A stretch of 64,000 nucleotides of DNA, taken from a virus. Positions within the stretch are counted from its first letter, which is position 1; every line of letters begins with the position of its first letter. Below, in pieces: positions 9,448 to 18,844 of the stretch. The stretch is taken from IMG/VR virus record IMGVR_UViG_3300027573_000964; one strand, written 5' to 3'. Under the pieces are notes generated by a model. The model was not told the origin of the DNA. It did no database searches and saw nothing but the letters and a program-made list of their open reading frames with translations. The position numbers and the translations under genes are program-made.

Positions 9448-9639
9448 TTAAGCGTAGAAAGTAAGGTCTGGAACTATAAAATTATCTATGGTAGTATCGA
9501 AGGGGTAATGCCTTTTAATAGCAGCTCTACCACCAGAATCTGAAATAACAACTATCTCATCTGAATCGAAATTAATTACAAACGAGCCGGCATCATTTAG
9601 CATAAATATGCTATATAGAAATTTAGTAATTTTGCTCAT
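9448..9639 (-). CDS. hypothetical protein
   Basis: 63 aa ORF. Confidence 0.4.
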   Translation of the reverse strand: MSKITKFLYSIFMLNDAGSFVINFDSDEIVVISDSGGRAAIKRHYPFDTTIDNFIVPDLTFYA

Positions 9640-9860
9640 TTAAACTCATAATATATTTTTATTTTATTTATTAACCCGGCCAAGCCAGGCAATATAGGTT
9701 TGTCATTAACTAAATATATTTCCATATAATTATCAAATAATTTATGATTAACTATTCTGTTATTACTGTGAAGCATCGTACTATAGAAGGCTTTTAGGTT
9801 GGCAGAAACTTCTATTTCAGAATACTTAAGCTGCCTTTGTATGTCGCCAGCCATTTTCAT
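9636..9860 (-). CDS. hypothetical protein
   Basis: 74 aa ORF. Confidence 0.4.
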   Translation of the reverse strand: MKMAGDIQRQLKYSEIEVSANLKAFYSTMLHSNNRIVNHKLFDNYMEIYLVNDKPILPGLAGLINKIKIYYEFK

Positions 9861-10107
9861 TCAACGCTACAAGATTAGCCATTAATACAAGTTGCCAGCG
9901 TTTCTTCTGACCCTTGCGTGGCTTACCGAAAAAGTTATCTAACAGGATAACTTCATCGCCGGCCGCAGTAGTCTTGCGCTGGAATACCTGCCCATTCAAC
10001 TTAACAACAGTGCCGTCTTTCTTTAGGCGACCGAGGCCACCAACGAAACGCTTTGTAGTAATCGCATAATCCACGATGTCATACATATTCTTAACCATTT
10101 TATTCAA
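9826..10107 (-). CDS. hypothetical protein
   Basis: 93 aa ORF. Confidence 0.45.
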   Translation of the reverse strand: MNKMVKNMYDIVDYAITTKRFVGGLGRLKKDGTVVKLNGQVFQRKTTAAGDEVILLDNFFGKPRKGQKKRWQLVLMANLVALNENGWRHTKAA

Positions 10108-10498
10108 TTCCTTTTCTGGGATGTATTCCCTTTGCTATTAAACGGTCGATACAATCTGCTTCCAATTCCTTGAAGCGCATTTGAGCATCAAGGTCATCAG
10201 CCTTGTAGTAGATTGTTAGCTCACAATATTTTTCTTTAATCTGACTAAACTTAATTCTATCGCCCAGTTCTTTTCGTACAGTTGTCAATAGGTCTCTAAC
10301 ATCGTCTGCCCACTTGGCTGGTATATGATAAGCGCAGGCATTATCAAATTTTGGGTATGATTTAATTTGAAATTCATTCCAAAACTCTTCTGCTCCAAGG
10401 CCACCATCTAATGGTTTGCCTTCATCATCACAATAAACTTTCTTATTCCATTCATTAAGGGTCATTTGTAAGTAATACCTTTTTACTCTATCGTCCAT
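10100..10498 (-). CDS. hypothetical protein
   Basis: 132 aa ORF. Confidence 0.5.
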   Translation of the reverse strand: MDDRVKRYYLQMTLNEWNKKVYCDDEGKPLDGGLGAEEFWNEFQIKSYPKFDNACAYHIPAKWADDVRDLLTTVRKELGDRIKFSQIKEKYCELTIYYKADDLDAQMRFKELEADCIDRLIAKGIHPRKGIE

Positions 10499-10499
10499 A

Positions 10500-11213
10500 T
10501 TAATGTCCTAAAAATACTACATTTTTATTTACGCGTTTCTTAACTACGCATAATAAACATTTTTCACAAGCACCATCAATAGCCAACTTACCACTGGTAA
10601 CTGGACAAACGAATGAATTATCTGGAATTTCCTTATCGTGCTCATAAGGCCCATAAGCATGTTTAACACCACTCTTCTTAAAGCGTCTTACGAAATGCTT
10701 TGCTGCCTTTGCATTGTATTGGTCTGTAGAAGCCCAAAGCGCGAAATTCTTTTGTTTCGTTAGCTTTGAAAAATCAAACTCAAAACTTCTTGTGTAAGCC
10801 CAGAAGGTTATGTCCTTACGCTGCTTAACTACCTCTGCCCATACGTTTACATACCATTGTGAGTAGAAGTCTCCGCTTTCGTGTATTCTAAACACCTTGG
10901 CTTCATCAGAAATCATTTCTAATAGAGCTTTAACAGCGCCAGTAGTATCTTTTTTCTTCTCGAACTTTTTAATTAACAACCAGTTTTTTGCGAACGCAGC
11001 TTGTACATTACTGAATAAATGTCTGTACTTCATGGCATAGCAATCGGTACAAGCATCCGTAGCGCCAGGGCACGAAAACAGCGGCCCGGCGGGCAAAGAA
11101 AAAGCCCTACCGTCCTTCAAGCTAATCTTGGCAGGACTGGAGGGCTTAAATTCTTCTGGAGTTTTTACGTTGTCTAAAACATTTAACATTTTAGATGCGT
11201 ATTTGTTAGACAC
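10500..11213 (-). CDS. hypothetical protein with Cys cluster (SCPGATDACTDCYA)
   Basis: 237 aa; Cys cluster loosely resembles phage Gp37/Gp68 or DUF5131-type motif (low confidence). Confidence 0.45.
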   Translation of the reverse strand: MSNKYASKMLNVLDNVKTPEEFKPSSPAKISLKDGRAFSLPAGPLFSCPGATDACTDCYAMKYRHLFSNVQAAFAKNWLLIKKFEKKKDTTGAVKALLEMISDEAKVFRIHESGDFYSQWYVNVWAEVVKQRKDITFWAYTRSFEFDFSKLTKQKNFALWASTDQYNAKAAKHFVRRFKKSGVKHAYGPYEHDKEIPDNSFVCPVTSGKLAIDGACEKCLLCVVKKRVNKNVVFLGH

Positions 11214-11310
11214 TTTCTTCTTCGTTTCTGGAAGACTAACCCCGCAGATTAGCTTCCGGTGGTGAAAATTAGCGGGTCACCTTTGTTGTACCGAAGGCAC
11301 ACCTCCGAGT

Positions 11311-11832
11311 TTAAATTATTCCTGACAATCTATTTATCAGGAATTCTGCTTTCAGTTCATCTCTATTAGTAATCATTATATCGTGGATGTGTTTGCCGCT
11401 TTGATTTGCTAGCTTCTCTATAATAGTATAACATTCTGCACAATACCAGTGGCCCTTTTGCGCAACACTAACACATTTACATTTAACGCCTTTTCTACAG
11501 CCCTTTCTTAACAGGGCTTTCATTTCAGCGCGATTTAAACCAGTGTTATTGTATTTCCTAATATCATACTTGCCTTCGTGAATTCCTGTTTTCCAGTTCC
11601 TATGCACTTGCTTGTAGTGAGATTGTTCTAAGCTCCAATAACCGGGCTTTCCGCCCCAGATGTCATCGTGCCAGCTTAATAAATAATACCACTTCCATTC
11701 TTTTGACCATACTTCAAAAATAGTATGATGCCGGCAAAACTGACAGAACTTACCGCCCTGCCATCTACCGCACCAGGGAATATCAGAGCCTGTGCCAAAT
11801 ATTCCCTCTGGAAATGAAAACTCTTGTCTCAT
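11311..11832 (-). CDS. hypothetical Cys/Trp-rich protein
   Basis: 173 aa ORF. Confidence 0.5.
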   Translation of the reverse strand: MRQEFSFPEGIFGTGSDIPWCGRWQGGKFCQFCRHHTIFEVWSKEWKWYYLLSWHDDIWGGKPGYWSLEQSHYKQVHRNWKTGIHEGKYDIRKYNNTGLNRAEMKALLRKGCRKGVKCKCVSVAQKGHWYCAECYTIIEKLANQSGKHIHDIMITNRDELKAEFLINRLSGII

Positions 11833-12431
11833 TGGAAATAGTATTCTTCTTCACTATCCTCGCATTTTACTTTGATGTGTTTTGGCTGACCAGGTAATCT
11901 TTCAACATTCTTAATTTTTTTAGCGTTTCCACAAAATGGAAGTCTAATGGCATACAATCCGAATAATTGTTCCATAGGCAGAGCGCAAGCACTTTCTTTG
12001 GTTTTACAATTACTTGGATTGTGTTTAGACCAATATATTTCTAAAAGAGTTTTGGCATAGGCCATTTTATTTTTAAGCTTTATCTGCGCTATAAATATAT
12101 GAACTGGATTTTCTGGGCGATTTATTTCTTCGGCCCACTCTACTAGCCCCTCGCTGTTTAACAAGAAAGCCATCAAACTCTCACCGGCATCATCGTATTT
12201 TTTTAAAGTATCATAACAGACATGTAAGTTCCAGTGTATGCTTATCTTGGCAAGGTCATTTAATTCATTAGCAGCTAAAGCCTTATTGAAGGTTTCAATT
12301 GCCAGCTCAATTTGACCGGCACTCATATAACCTTCCGCAAGCATCATAGTCTGGATAGCCGTTGGGGACGCTAACATTTGCGAGCCAGAAAGGACTATAC
12401 TAAAAATAATATTTATCATATGAACGGCCAA
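11829..12431 (-). CDS. hypothetical secreted protein (signal peptide, TPR-like helical repeats)
   Basis: 200 aa; hydrophobic N-terminus MAVHMINIIFSIVLSGSQMLASP. Confidence 0.5.
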   Translation of the reverse strand: MAVHMINIIFSIVLSGSQMLASPTAIQTMMLAEGYMSAGQIELAIETFNKALAANELNDLAKISIHWNLHVCYDTLKKYDDAGESLMAFLLNSEGLVEWAEEINRPENPVHIFIAQIKLKNKMAYAKTLLEIYWSKHNPSNCKTKESACALPMEQLFGLYAIRLPFCGNAKKIKNVERLPGQPKHIKVKCEDSEEEYYFQ

Positions 12432-12646
12432 CTAAATAGTTGTTTCCTTTTTATAACACCGGTTCCCATACATTTCAAACAATGAACATCTGTACCATTA
12501 CACCTATCACAATGTACAGCACAATTTCCTAATTGGTCTATTATGGCATCTTGAGTTTCTTCTATAGATTGCAAGCGGTTGTCTATCTTTTCTAGCAATT
12601 CTTTTGTCTTGTTCCTAAACATTCTTCCAATCAAAGGAAAGGACAT
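12416..12646 (-). CDS. DnaJ-type CR zinc-finger small protein
   Basis: 76 aa; two CxxCxGxG repeats (CDRCNGTD, CLKCMGTG). Confidence 0.5.
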   Translation of the reverse strand: MSFPLIGRMFRNKTKELLEKIDNRLQSIEETQDAIIDQLGNCAVHCDRCNGTDVHCLKCMGTGVIKRKQLFSWPFI

Positions 12647-13070
12647 CTCTATATACCAACTTCAGGCCGAGTTTTTCAGCCGTGTTATGGAAAAAACTTG
12701 ATGATATTGAATCCCAATTAGACACAATACAGTTCTTTTCTTTTCTTACAGAATAAATATAGGCGGCATTTAATAGTGCTTCGCCATACCCATTCTTTCG
12801 TTTATGTTTTCTAACATAGAAGTGATTAAAATACCCTTCAAGATAGTTACCACTTATGTCATTATACCAGCTTTTAACTTTAACGGCCATAGTCCATCCC
12901 ATAAGTTTATTATCTTCTAGGATATAATGAATGAATGTATTTTCATTATTAGACATTCTCAATTCACGGAGAGTTTTCTGCATCTCTCCTGACCGTCTCA
13001 TGTTCAGGCTGTATAATTTTTTATATATTTTACTGGGGATATCAATTAGTCTTTGACCGACTACTTGCAT
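12615..13070 (-). CDS. GNAT family N-acetyltransferase (putative)
   Basis: 151 aa; RKNGYGEALL matches GNAT motif A R-x-x-G-x-G. Confidence 0.5.
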   Translation of the reverse strand: MQVVGQRLIDIPSKIYKKLYSLNMRRSGEMQKTLRELRMSNNENTFIHYILEDNKLMGWTMAVKVKSWYNDISGNYLEGYFNHFYVRKHKRKNGYGEALLNAAYIYSVRKEKNCIVSNWDSISSSFFHNTAEKLGLKLVYRDVLSFDWKNV

Positions 13071-13469
13071 TTACTTCCAGCCTTTCTTTGTGAAAGCCAT
13101 AACCTTCCCAGTCAGAGAAGGCCCTGCTGCATTTTCGAACTTGTTTGTACGAGTTAATTGATTAGAATACACTGGTTTGGTATCTGGCGATGTACTAATG
13201 GTTACGTGTGGCATTTCGCTATCATACCTATCGAACCCGCTTACTACGACAGCTTGACCCTTCTCATCGAAATAGTGGGCTAACACCAGCAAATTAACTG
13301 GCTTACCCAACATCGGTTCTAACTCGTCATTAATTTCTTTGGTAGGACCAAAGGCGATAGTCATATGCTCTGCATATACTTTGGCATGCTTTGGTGGAAA
13401 GGCAGCTAATAGCTTGCCCTTACTCGCATCATCCAGTTTTACCGCCCAATAAATAACATCGTTAATCAT
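13071..13469 (-). CDS. 2H phosphoesterase (LigT / cyclic phosphodiesterase-like)
   Basis: 132 aa; two H-x-T-x motifs (EHMTIAFG and PHVTISTS). Confidence 0.5.
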   Translation of the reverse strand: MINDVIYWAVKLDDASKGKLLAAFPPKHAKVYAEHMTIAFGPTKEINDELEPMLGKPVNLLVLAHYFDEKGQAVVVSGFDRYDSEMPHVTISTSPDTKPVYSNQLTRTNKFENAAGPSLTGKVMAFTKKGWK

Positions 13470-13486
13470 CTATTCATCCTCGTACA

Positions 13487-13855
13487 TCAAGCTGGTATAG
13501 TAGCAGCTAGGTCATCCCATTCTATGTTTTCTATAACATCTAACAAGGACTTTCTTGCGAATTCCATAGTACTGCCGTGCTCTATAATAACAAGTTCAGA
13601 TCCAACTCCATCTTCACCACTAACTGGCTCGGTACTTGTGAGCCATACAGCAGCATAATAGTTTGGATATCTATTCACATTGCTCAAAATAGATGAAGTA
13701 TTTATAACAAAGGTAGGTCTATTGCCGTATTGTTGTCGGACTTCTTTCTTTACCAAATCTAATAGTTCAGTATTAGTGTGCAAATCACCATTATCTTTTC
13801 TATCTCGGCTGGCTGTCTTGCCAACGAGCATTACAGAATGTCTTATGTTTCGCAT
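13487..13855 (-). CDS. hypothetical protein
   Basis: 122 aa ORF. Confidence 0.5.
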   Translation of the reverse strand: MRNIRHSVMLVGKTASRDRKDNGDLHTNTELLDLVKKEVRQQYGNRPTFVINTSSILSNVNRYPNYYAAVWLTSTEPVSGEDGVGSELVIIEHGSTMEFARKSLLDVIENIEWDDLAATIPA

Positions 13856-13859
13856 CTAA

Positions 13860-14084
13860 TTACTTTCCCTTAAGTCTATATATGATTCTACCTTTCGTAA
13901 CATCATATTTGGAAATTGCTACAGCAACTTTGTCGCCGACAATTATATTTATGAAGTGCTGTCTTATCTTTCCTGATATATGGCACATTATCTCTGCCCC
14001 ATTCACAAGTTTAACCTTAAACATTGCATTGGGTAGCGCTACTAATACTTCGCCTTCTGTTTCTATGTAGTCTTCGCTGCTCAT
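13860..14084 (-). CDS. infA: translation initiation factor IF-1 homologue (S1-like OB fold)
   Basis: 74 aa; [61 protein letters not shown] aligns along full length of bacterial IF-1. Confidence 0.8.
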   Translation of the reverse strand: MSSEDYIETEGEVLVALPNAMFKVKLVNGAEIMCHISGKIRQHFINIIVGDKVAVAISKYDVTKGRIIYRLKGK

Positions 14085-14235
14085 TTATACCTTTGAGTTC
14101 TCCTAAAAATTTATTTGATGCTACAAATTAATACAATATACACGCAAATTAAAATAAATTATCAACAATAATCAAAATAACCTGGGGTCACAAGGACCAA
14201 TCATAATATAATCAATATAATAATACTGGGTAGCA

Positions 14236-14436
14236 TCAAATACTTAAATATTTTTTAATAAAATCTAGAGTTTCTTTTTCTTTTCGGCCAACTTTTCCAA
14301 ATACTTCTCTTCTATCAATTGGCGACATGAAGATTGCTGATATATTCATATTTTTTGCTAAATAAATATAATATATAACGAATAATTCGTCGGGTACTTC
14401 ATCTTCACATTTCTTCTTGGATGTCTTTCTTCCCAT
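14236..14436 (-). CDS. hypothetical protein
   Basis: 66 aa ORF. Confidence 0.4.
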   Translation of the reverse strand: MGRKTSKKKCEDEVPDELFVIYYIYLAKNMNISAIFMSPIDRREVFGKVGRKEKETLDFIKKYLSI

Positions 14437-14989
14437 GATGATCTATTACTTCATATTGTTTCTTTTCCATTATCTTAATTACTTGTTCAATTGATACTGG
14501 AAAGTAGTTATGAACATCTACACCTACATCTAGTCGAGCGGTCTTTTCATTTAGATGATTAACATTACCGTGGCAATGTCCGTGTAACATAAAACTGCCG
14601 TGATGCGCTCTGTTCCAAGTTAGAAGAGGATAATGACACAAAACTATATGGTACGCTTTGCCTTTCACGTTTATGTCTATCTCTTTAAACTCTTGAACGC
14701 TTTCAAAGTGCGCTAGCAATTCTGGATTCTTTCGTAGTGTCTTGTCATGATTGCCAAATATAAGATGCTTGTGTCCGTTCAGCCTTTTAAGCACCCTTTC
14801 AGTGCGGTCAGGTGCCATAAATGATATATCACCCTGCATCCATACTGTGTCGTCTGGTTGTACTACGGCATTGAAATTGGCTATGAGGGCCTCATTCATT
14901 TGTATTACATCCTCAAAAGGACGATTAGAATACTTAATAATATTCTTATGTCCATAGTGTGGGTCTGATGTAAAAAATGTATTAGGCAT
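14405..14989 (-). CDS. calcineurin-like metallophosphoesterase
   Basis: 194 aa; DPHYG, GDISF, GNHD, HGHCHG motifs. Confidence 0.8.
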   Translation of the reverse strand: MPNTFFTSDPHYGHKNIIKYSNRPFEDVIQMNEALIANFNAVVQPDDTVWMQGDISFMAPDRTERVLKRLNGHKHLIFGNHDKTLRKNPELLAHFESVQEFKEIDINVKGKAYHIVLCHYPLLTWNRAHHGSFMLHGHCHGNVNHLNEKTARLDVGVDVHNYFPVSIEQVIKIMEKKQYEVIDHHGKKDIQEEM

Positions 14990-14998
14990 TACTCCTCT

Positions 14999-15514
14999 TT
15001 AGGCGTGGCAAATTATATCCAACTTGTGGATTCCTACGCTCTCAAATGATTGAAAATAACCATGCCAAGCACAATATTGCTCTGGACCATATTCTCCAGT
15101 TTCATTCTTTATGTCTTTTGCAATTTGCTCGGCTTCTTTCTTGGTTAATACTATTTTGGCAGCATCCCATGCACCATGTGTAGAACCAAAGGTATCTCCA
15201 GTGGTATATCTTACAATGACAGCAAATGCTTCGTTATATTTTGTTGGGTTAAACTTCACTTCATGGTGCCTAGCATCTTTATTATCATAATAAAGATTAT
15301 TAACATAAGCATCTTTCGATACCAAAAAGTGATACAGATTAAGCGGTGTGAAATCTATGTATTCAGGTTCGTGGCTTGAAAACTCTTCATCGGACTCTGC
15401 CTCACCGCCCGTTCTAACTTCTTTGTAATGCAAATATATATCATAAGTTGGCTCTTTAATTTTGCCATTCTTTGCTACATTCTTTTTTGTTTTGCTTTTC
15501 TTTTTAGTTTTCAT
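14999..15514 (-). CDS. hypothetical protein
   Basis: ORF 14999..15622 trimmed to internal Met (MKTKKKSK) because N-terminal 36 codons are the tRNA-Glu gene. Confidence 0.5.
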   Translation of the reverse strand: MKTKKKSKTKKNVAKNGKIKEPTYDIYLHYKEVRTGGEAESDEEFSSHEPEYIDFTPLNLYHFLVSKDAYVNNLYYDNKDARHHEVKFNPTKYNEAFAVIVRYTTGDTFGSTHGAWDAAKIVLTKKEAEQIAKDIKNETGEYGPEQYCAWHGYFQSFESVGIHKLDIICHA

Positions 15515-15528
15515 TTTCTTTATTCGTT

Positions 15529-15603
15529 TGGTGACCCCAAGGAGACTCGAACTCCTGTAGTTGCCGTGAAAGGGCAGTGTCCTAACCGCTAGACGATGGG
15601 GCC
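15529..15603 (-). tRNA. tRNA-Glu(UUC)
   Basis: RC: GGCCCCATCGTCTAGCGGTTAGGAC-ACTGC-CCTTTCACG-GCAAC...GGTTCGAGTCC...CCA; cloverleaf, CCA encoded. Confidence 0.9.
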
Positions 15604-16037
15604 TAATATTTGAACCATCCAACTAAATCACTTTTAATCTTTTTATAGTCTATTTCTTTTCTGCTTATTTTGGAACGAGCGTAATAAAAATCTCTATAAA
15701 ATTTATTTTCTGGCACTCGTGAATCTTTTTCATTACCAGGCATATCGTATCTATTTATATTACCGCAGCATAATTCGTATAAGCTTTGCCAGTATTCTTC
15801 GTGTTCAATTTGTGCTTGGCTTATTTTATATACACCGAATACTCTGTGTGTATATTTTTTATTTTCTATAAAGTAATCTTCATCATCAATGTAGAAGAAC
15901 CAATACTTTTGCCCAAGCCATTCGCACATACCATCTAATTCACCGTCATACCAGCCATCATACCAAAGCATTTTAAAGTCGATATTATTAGTTAGATTAG
16001 GGACATTTGCTAATAACTGTTTTGTTTCTTCGTGCAT
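15603..16037 (-). CDS. hypothetical protein
   Basis: 144 aa ORF; TAG stop abuts tRNA-Glu. Confidence 0.5.
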   Translation of the reverse strand: MHEETKQLLANVPNLTNNIDFKMLWYDGWYDGELDGMCEWLGQKYWFFYIDDEDYFIENKKYTHRVFGVYKISQAQIEHEEYWQSLYELCCGNINRYDMPGNEKDSRVPENKFYRDFYYARSKISRKEIDYKKIKSDLVGWFKY

Positions 16038-16258
16038 TCTTGTTCGTATAACCTTTGTCGTTCTTCTGGGCTTTTGTTCATCAGGTCAGTTATTTCAAAT
16101 CCGGCTCTGTGAAGCGCTATAATTATGTTATGTTCATTTAAATGGTTTTCACAAATATTCACTTCTAATCCAGTGGCTAATAGGCCACGGGAAAAAAGCA
16201 AGTCTCTTGTTATTTTACCACCACAGGGCGTTCCTAACACCCAAGAACAATCATTCAT
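16010..16258 (-). CDS. small conserved protein, paralog family A, copy 2
   Basis: 82 aa; CSWVLGTPCGGK...NICENHLNEH. Confidence 0.6.
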   Translation of the reverse strand: MNDCSWVLGTPCGGKITRDLLFSRGLLATGLEVNICENHLNEHNIIIALHRAGFEITDLMNKSPEERQRLYEQECTKKQNSY

Positions 16259-16523
16259 TATTTTCCAATTCTTCTAAATATGCTGTTGGGCTTTGGCCGG
16301 GCTCTAAATATACAATATTCTTAAAGCCGTTCTCTTCTGTAATAATCGATTCTTTTTCGGAGATAGCGCCAGTGTATTTCTTCCAGCCCTTCTTATGAAC
16401 GAACTCGCCGGTAGAAGGATTAATTGAACCCCATTCAACTCTCTCACGAGGCTCTATTGGCTCTACGCAATACACCTTGCCAGTCTTAAGCGACTGTATA
16501 TAAAATCGTCCCGTTTCACTCAT
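16251..16523 (-). CDS. hypothetical protein
   Basis: 90 aa ORF. Confidence 0.45.
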   Translation of the reverse strand: MSETGRFYIQSLKTGKVYCVEPIEPRERVEWGSINPSTGEFVHKKGWKKYTGAISEKESIITEENGFKNIVYLEPGQSPTAYLEELENNE

Positions 16524-16779
16524 TCTTTGCTCCCAGCGTATATTCTCTTAAAATCTCAAGAGTCCAATCTGGTCTTTCTTCTATAAAGCTTATCACCTTA
16601 TTTACGCTATATACAAAGTCAGTGTAGTCTAAACCAGCCGGCATATGAGACCTTGTAGAATAGGCATATCCAGTTAGTGCCGCGAGAAATCTTTTTGTTA
16701 GAATAACAGCGGTTTCTCGCTCTTTCTTCTCTTCTTCGCTCACAGTATTATCTACTGGTTTTGGAGGAGGTGTGGGCAT
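16516..16779 (-). CDS. hypothetical protein
   Basis: 87 aa ORF. Confidence 0.45.
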   Translation of the reverse strand: MPTPPPKPVDNTVSEEEKKERETAVILTKRFLAALTGYAYSTRSHMPAGLDYTDFVYSVNKVISFIEERPDWTLEILREYTLGAKNE

Positions 16780-16948
16780 TATTTTGTAGCTAATTCTTTC
16801 AGCGTTTTCTCGTGTTCAACAGTCCAGTTGGCAGGACTAGTCTCTTCTAATATTTTTAGAATGTTAAACTTGTCCTGCACTACTGATAACTCTAATCGAA
16901 CTTTTTGATACGCTAAATCAAATAATTCTCTATTAGTCATTTATTTGA

Positions 16949-17158
16949 TTAGACGGCTCTTACTTCTTTAGCCTCTAAGCCCTTCTTACCTTGGGCTGTC
17001 TCAAACTCTACGCGCTGGCCTTCCGCCAAACTGCGATGTCCATCACCTTGAATGCCAGTGAAATGAACGAAAACATCGTTTCCGCCTTCATCTGGGGTAA
17101 TGAACCCATAACCCTTATCATTATTAAACCACTTTACTATTCCTGTAACCATATTCAT
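16949..17158 (-). CDS. cspA: cold-shock protein, CspA family
   Basis: 69 aa; [15 protein letters not shown]...DVFVHFTGI...[10 protein letters not shown]...GKKGLEA typical CSD. Confidence 0.85.
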   Translation of the reverse strand: MNMVTGIVKWFNNDKGYGFITPDEGGNDVFVHFTGIQGDGHRSLAEGQRVEFETAQGKKGLEAKEVRAV

Positions 17159-17203
17159 TTATTTCCTTTTATTACTAAACAACTATCCGTTGTTCTTGTT
17201 ATT

Positions 17204-17488
17204 CTATTTGGGGTCTTTCGACTTTTTCCAATTTTCTTCTGGACCAAACATTTCATTTACTAATTTCCAATTTACATTACAGCGTCTAGGATTATCCTTG
17301 GATGCTCTATATGCCGCACACTTGGTCATAAACTCTGGCCAAGATGGAACTGTGTGATCTATTTTAACACCATCGCCGAGTGTTGCCCATAATTCCTCGT
17401 CGTTTTCCCAACACATATTGTTGCCAGTCTGTTCGCGGTGTTTGCGAATAGCATCTTCTAACTGTTGTATTCGTTCTTTGTCTGTCAT
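17204..17488 (-). CDS. hypothetical protein
   Basis: 94 aa ORF. Confidence 0.45.
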   Translation of the reverse strand: MTDKERIQQLEDAIRKHREQTGNNMCWENDEELWATLGDGVKIDHTVPSWPEFMTKCAAYRASKDNPRRCNVNWKLVNEMFGPEENWKKSKDPK

Positions 17489-17634
17489 TTAGAGCTTCTA
17501 TTTATTAAGGGCTGCCAATCTTTTAAATTTTGCATATTTTCTCTTACAATCTTTTCTGTTAGATTAGCTACATCTTTTTTACCAGTTAGGGCCTCTTTAT
17601 ATATCATTTTAATTACAATGTTCATATTTCGTAT

Positions 17635-17710
17635 TGGAGCCTCTGATAGGAGTCGAACCTACAACCTCGACTTTACAAAAGTCTTGCTCTGCCAGTTGAG
17701 CTACAGAGGC
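17635..17710 (-). tRNA. tRNA-Thr(UGU)
   Basis: RC GCCTCTGTAGCTCAACTGGCAGAGC-AAGAC-TTTTGTAA-AGTCG...GGTTCGACTCC...CCA. Confidence 0.85.
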
Positions 17711-17711
17711 A

Positions 17712-17894
17712 TTAATCTTCTGCCACTATGTATGTTCCTGCTGTAACAACTTCGTCATATTCTTTGCATTTGCAATGAGCGCAGGGACGCTTTCTAAAAT
17801 CAAAATGATTATTAGGTCTATGTCCGCACTTACAGGCAAGTAAATCTAATTCAAGTGCTTCTTTACGGGTAAATTCAATAGTTATTTTTTTCAT
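17712..17894 (-). CDS. hypothetical zinc-binding protein
   Basis: 60 aa; CKCGH...CAHCKC. Confidence 0.4.
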   Translation of the reverse strand: MKKITIEFTRKEALELDLLACKCGHRPNNHFDFRKRPCAHCKCKEYDEVVTAGTYIVAED

Positions 17895-18184
17895 GGTATA
17901 TTATTATTTTCAATTAACCCAAGCGATAACAATTTTTGTCTTCCAGTATTCACATCACCATTTTCATAATTGTAGGTGCTATCCGTTAAACAACTGAATC
18001 CGTTTTGGTCCAACAGACTATCTATACCAAGCTCGTTATCTAGTAAATAGCCCTCACTATCAAAATATGACTTAGGAGTTATAGAGAAGAAATCACCGTC
18101 GCTGTATGGGTCTTGTGGATTGCCTGCGTGCATCTTAAAATAGTAATCTTTGGGCGATTCTGAAAAGTCTAAATCTTCTTCCAT
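17891..18184 (-). CDS. hypothetical acidic protein
   Basis: 97 aa ORF. Confidence 0.45.
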   Translation of the reverse strand: MEEDLDFSESPKDYYFKMHAGNPQDPYSDGDFFSITPKSYFDSEGYLLDNELGIDSLLDQNGFSCLTDSTYNYENGDVNTGRQKLLSLGLIENNNIP

Positions 18185-18205
18185 ATTGCTTATTCCTTTC
18201 TAATT

Positions 18206-18282
18206 TGGCGGGTGCGATCGGAGTTGAACCGACACCTCATTCCTCGACAGGGAATTGCTCTACGCGATTAAGCTACGCACCC
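18206..18282 (-). tRNA. tRNA-Asp(GUC)
   Basis: RC GGGTGCGTAGCTTAATCGCGTAGAGC-AATTCC-CTGTCGA-GGAAT...GGTTCAACTCC...GCCA. Confidence 0.85.
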
Positions 18283-18284
18283 AC

Positions 18285-18371
18285 TGGCGGAAGCAGAGAG
18301 ACTCGAACTCCCAAGCGCTTTTAGACGCCGCCTGCTTTCAAGGCAGGTTCCTCATCCAGCCGGATTACTTC
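18285..18371 (-). tRNA. tRNA-Ser(UGA), type II (long variable arm)
   Basis: 87 nt; acceptor GGAAGTA/TGCTTCC, anticodon arm CCTGC-CTTGAAA-GCAGG, long variable arm, T-loop TTCGAGT, CCA encoded. Confidence 0.75.
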
Positions 18372-18569
18372 CAATTCTTTCTCTGTAAGCCACCCATGTT
18401 CGTATATATTGTAGAAGTGTCTTTGGGCGGAAATATAATCTTTTGACATACTATTGCTTATAACTACTTGTGCAAATACTCCGCCAGTATTCTTACTTAC
18501 TACTAACTCGCGTATCTTCCAATCAAGACCTAAATGCATTATGTATGTTTCATATACGGTTCTATTCAT
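18321..18569 (-). CDS. hypothetical protein (3' end runs ~50 nt into tRNA-Ser gene)
   Basis: 82 aa ORF. Confidence 0.4.
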   Translation of the reverse strand: MNRTVYETYIMHLGLDWKIRELVVSKNTGGVFAQVVISNSMSKDYISAQRHFYNIYEHGWLTEKELEVIRLDEEPALKAGGV

Positions 18570-18831
18570 CCATTATATCTACTTCGACAACATAGTAATC
18601 TGTGCCGGTATAATCCATACTGATATGCTTGTCGTAAGGAGATATGAGCTGCTCTCTCGCCTCAAATACGCTCTTGCCCTCATCATCCACTTTTTCTTTC
18701 AATAGATGAGCCCATATCATTGCGTCGTCCGCGTGCTTTCTTGCGACGTCTTCGTTTCTATAGCCGCATACTGGCCACTCAGTTCTATCCGAATATTCGC
18801 CAGTTGTTCCAAATACTATATATACTTTCAT
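18562..18831 (-). CDS. hypothetical protein
   Basis: ORF 18562..18888 trimmed to internal Met MKVYIVFG; first 19 codons lie in tRNA-Ala gene. Confidence 0.5.
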   Translation of the reverse strand: MKVYIVFGTTGEYSDRTEWPVCGYRNEDVARKHADDAMIWAHLLKEKVDDEGKSVFEAREQLISPYDKHISMDYTGTDYYVVEVDIMDE

Positions 18832-18844
18832 TCTTTCTTTCGTT

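Noticed and set aside
11221-11300. Possible tRNA in the GC-rich gap at 11.2 kb
   Set aside because: There is no T-loop (TTCRA), no acceptor-stem complementarity and no CCA context; only a bulged hairpin is present.
14999-15622. ORF N-termini that read through tRNA genes (14999..15622, 18562..18888, 18923..19255, 21710..22141, 34019..34651, 43611..43832)
   Set aside because: The upstream codons are simply the reverse complement of the tRNA genes. The ORFs were trimmed to the first internal Met downstream of the tRNA.
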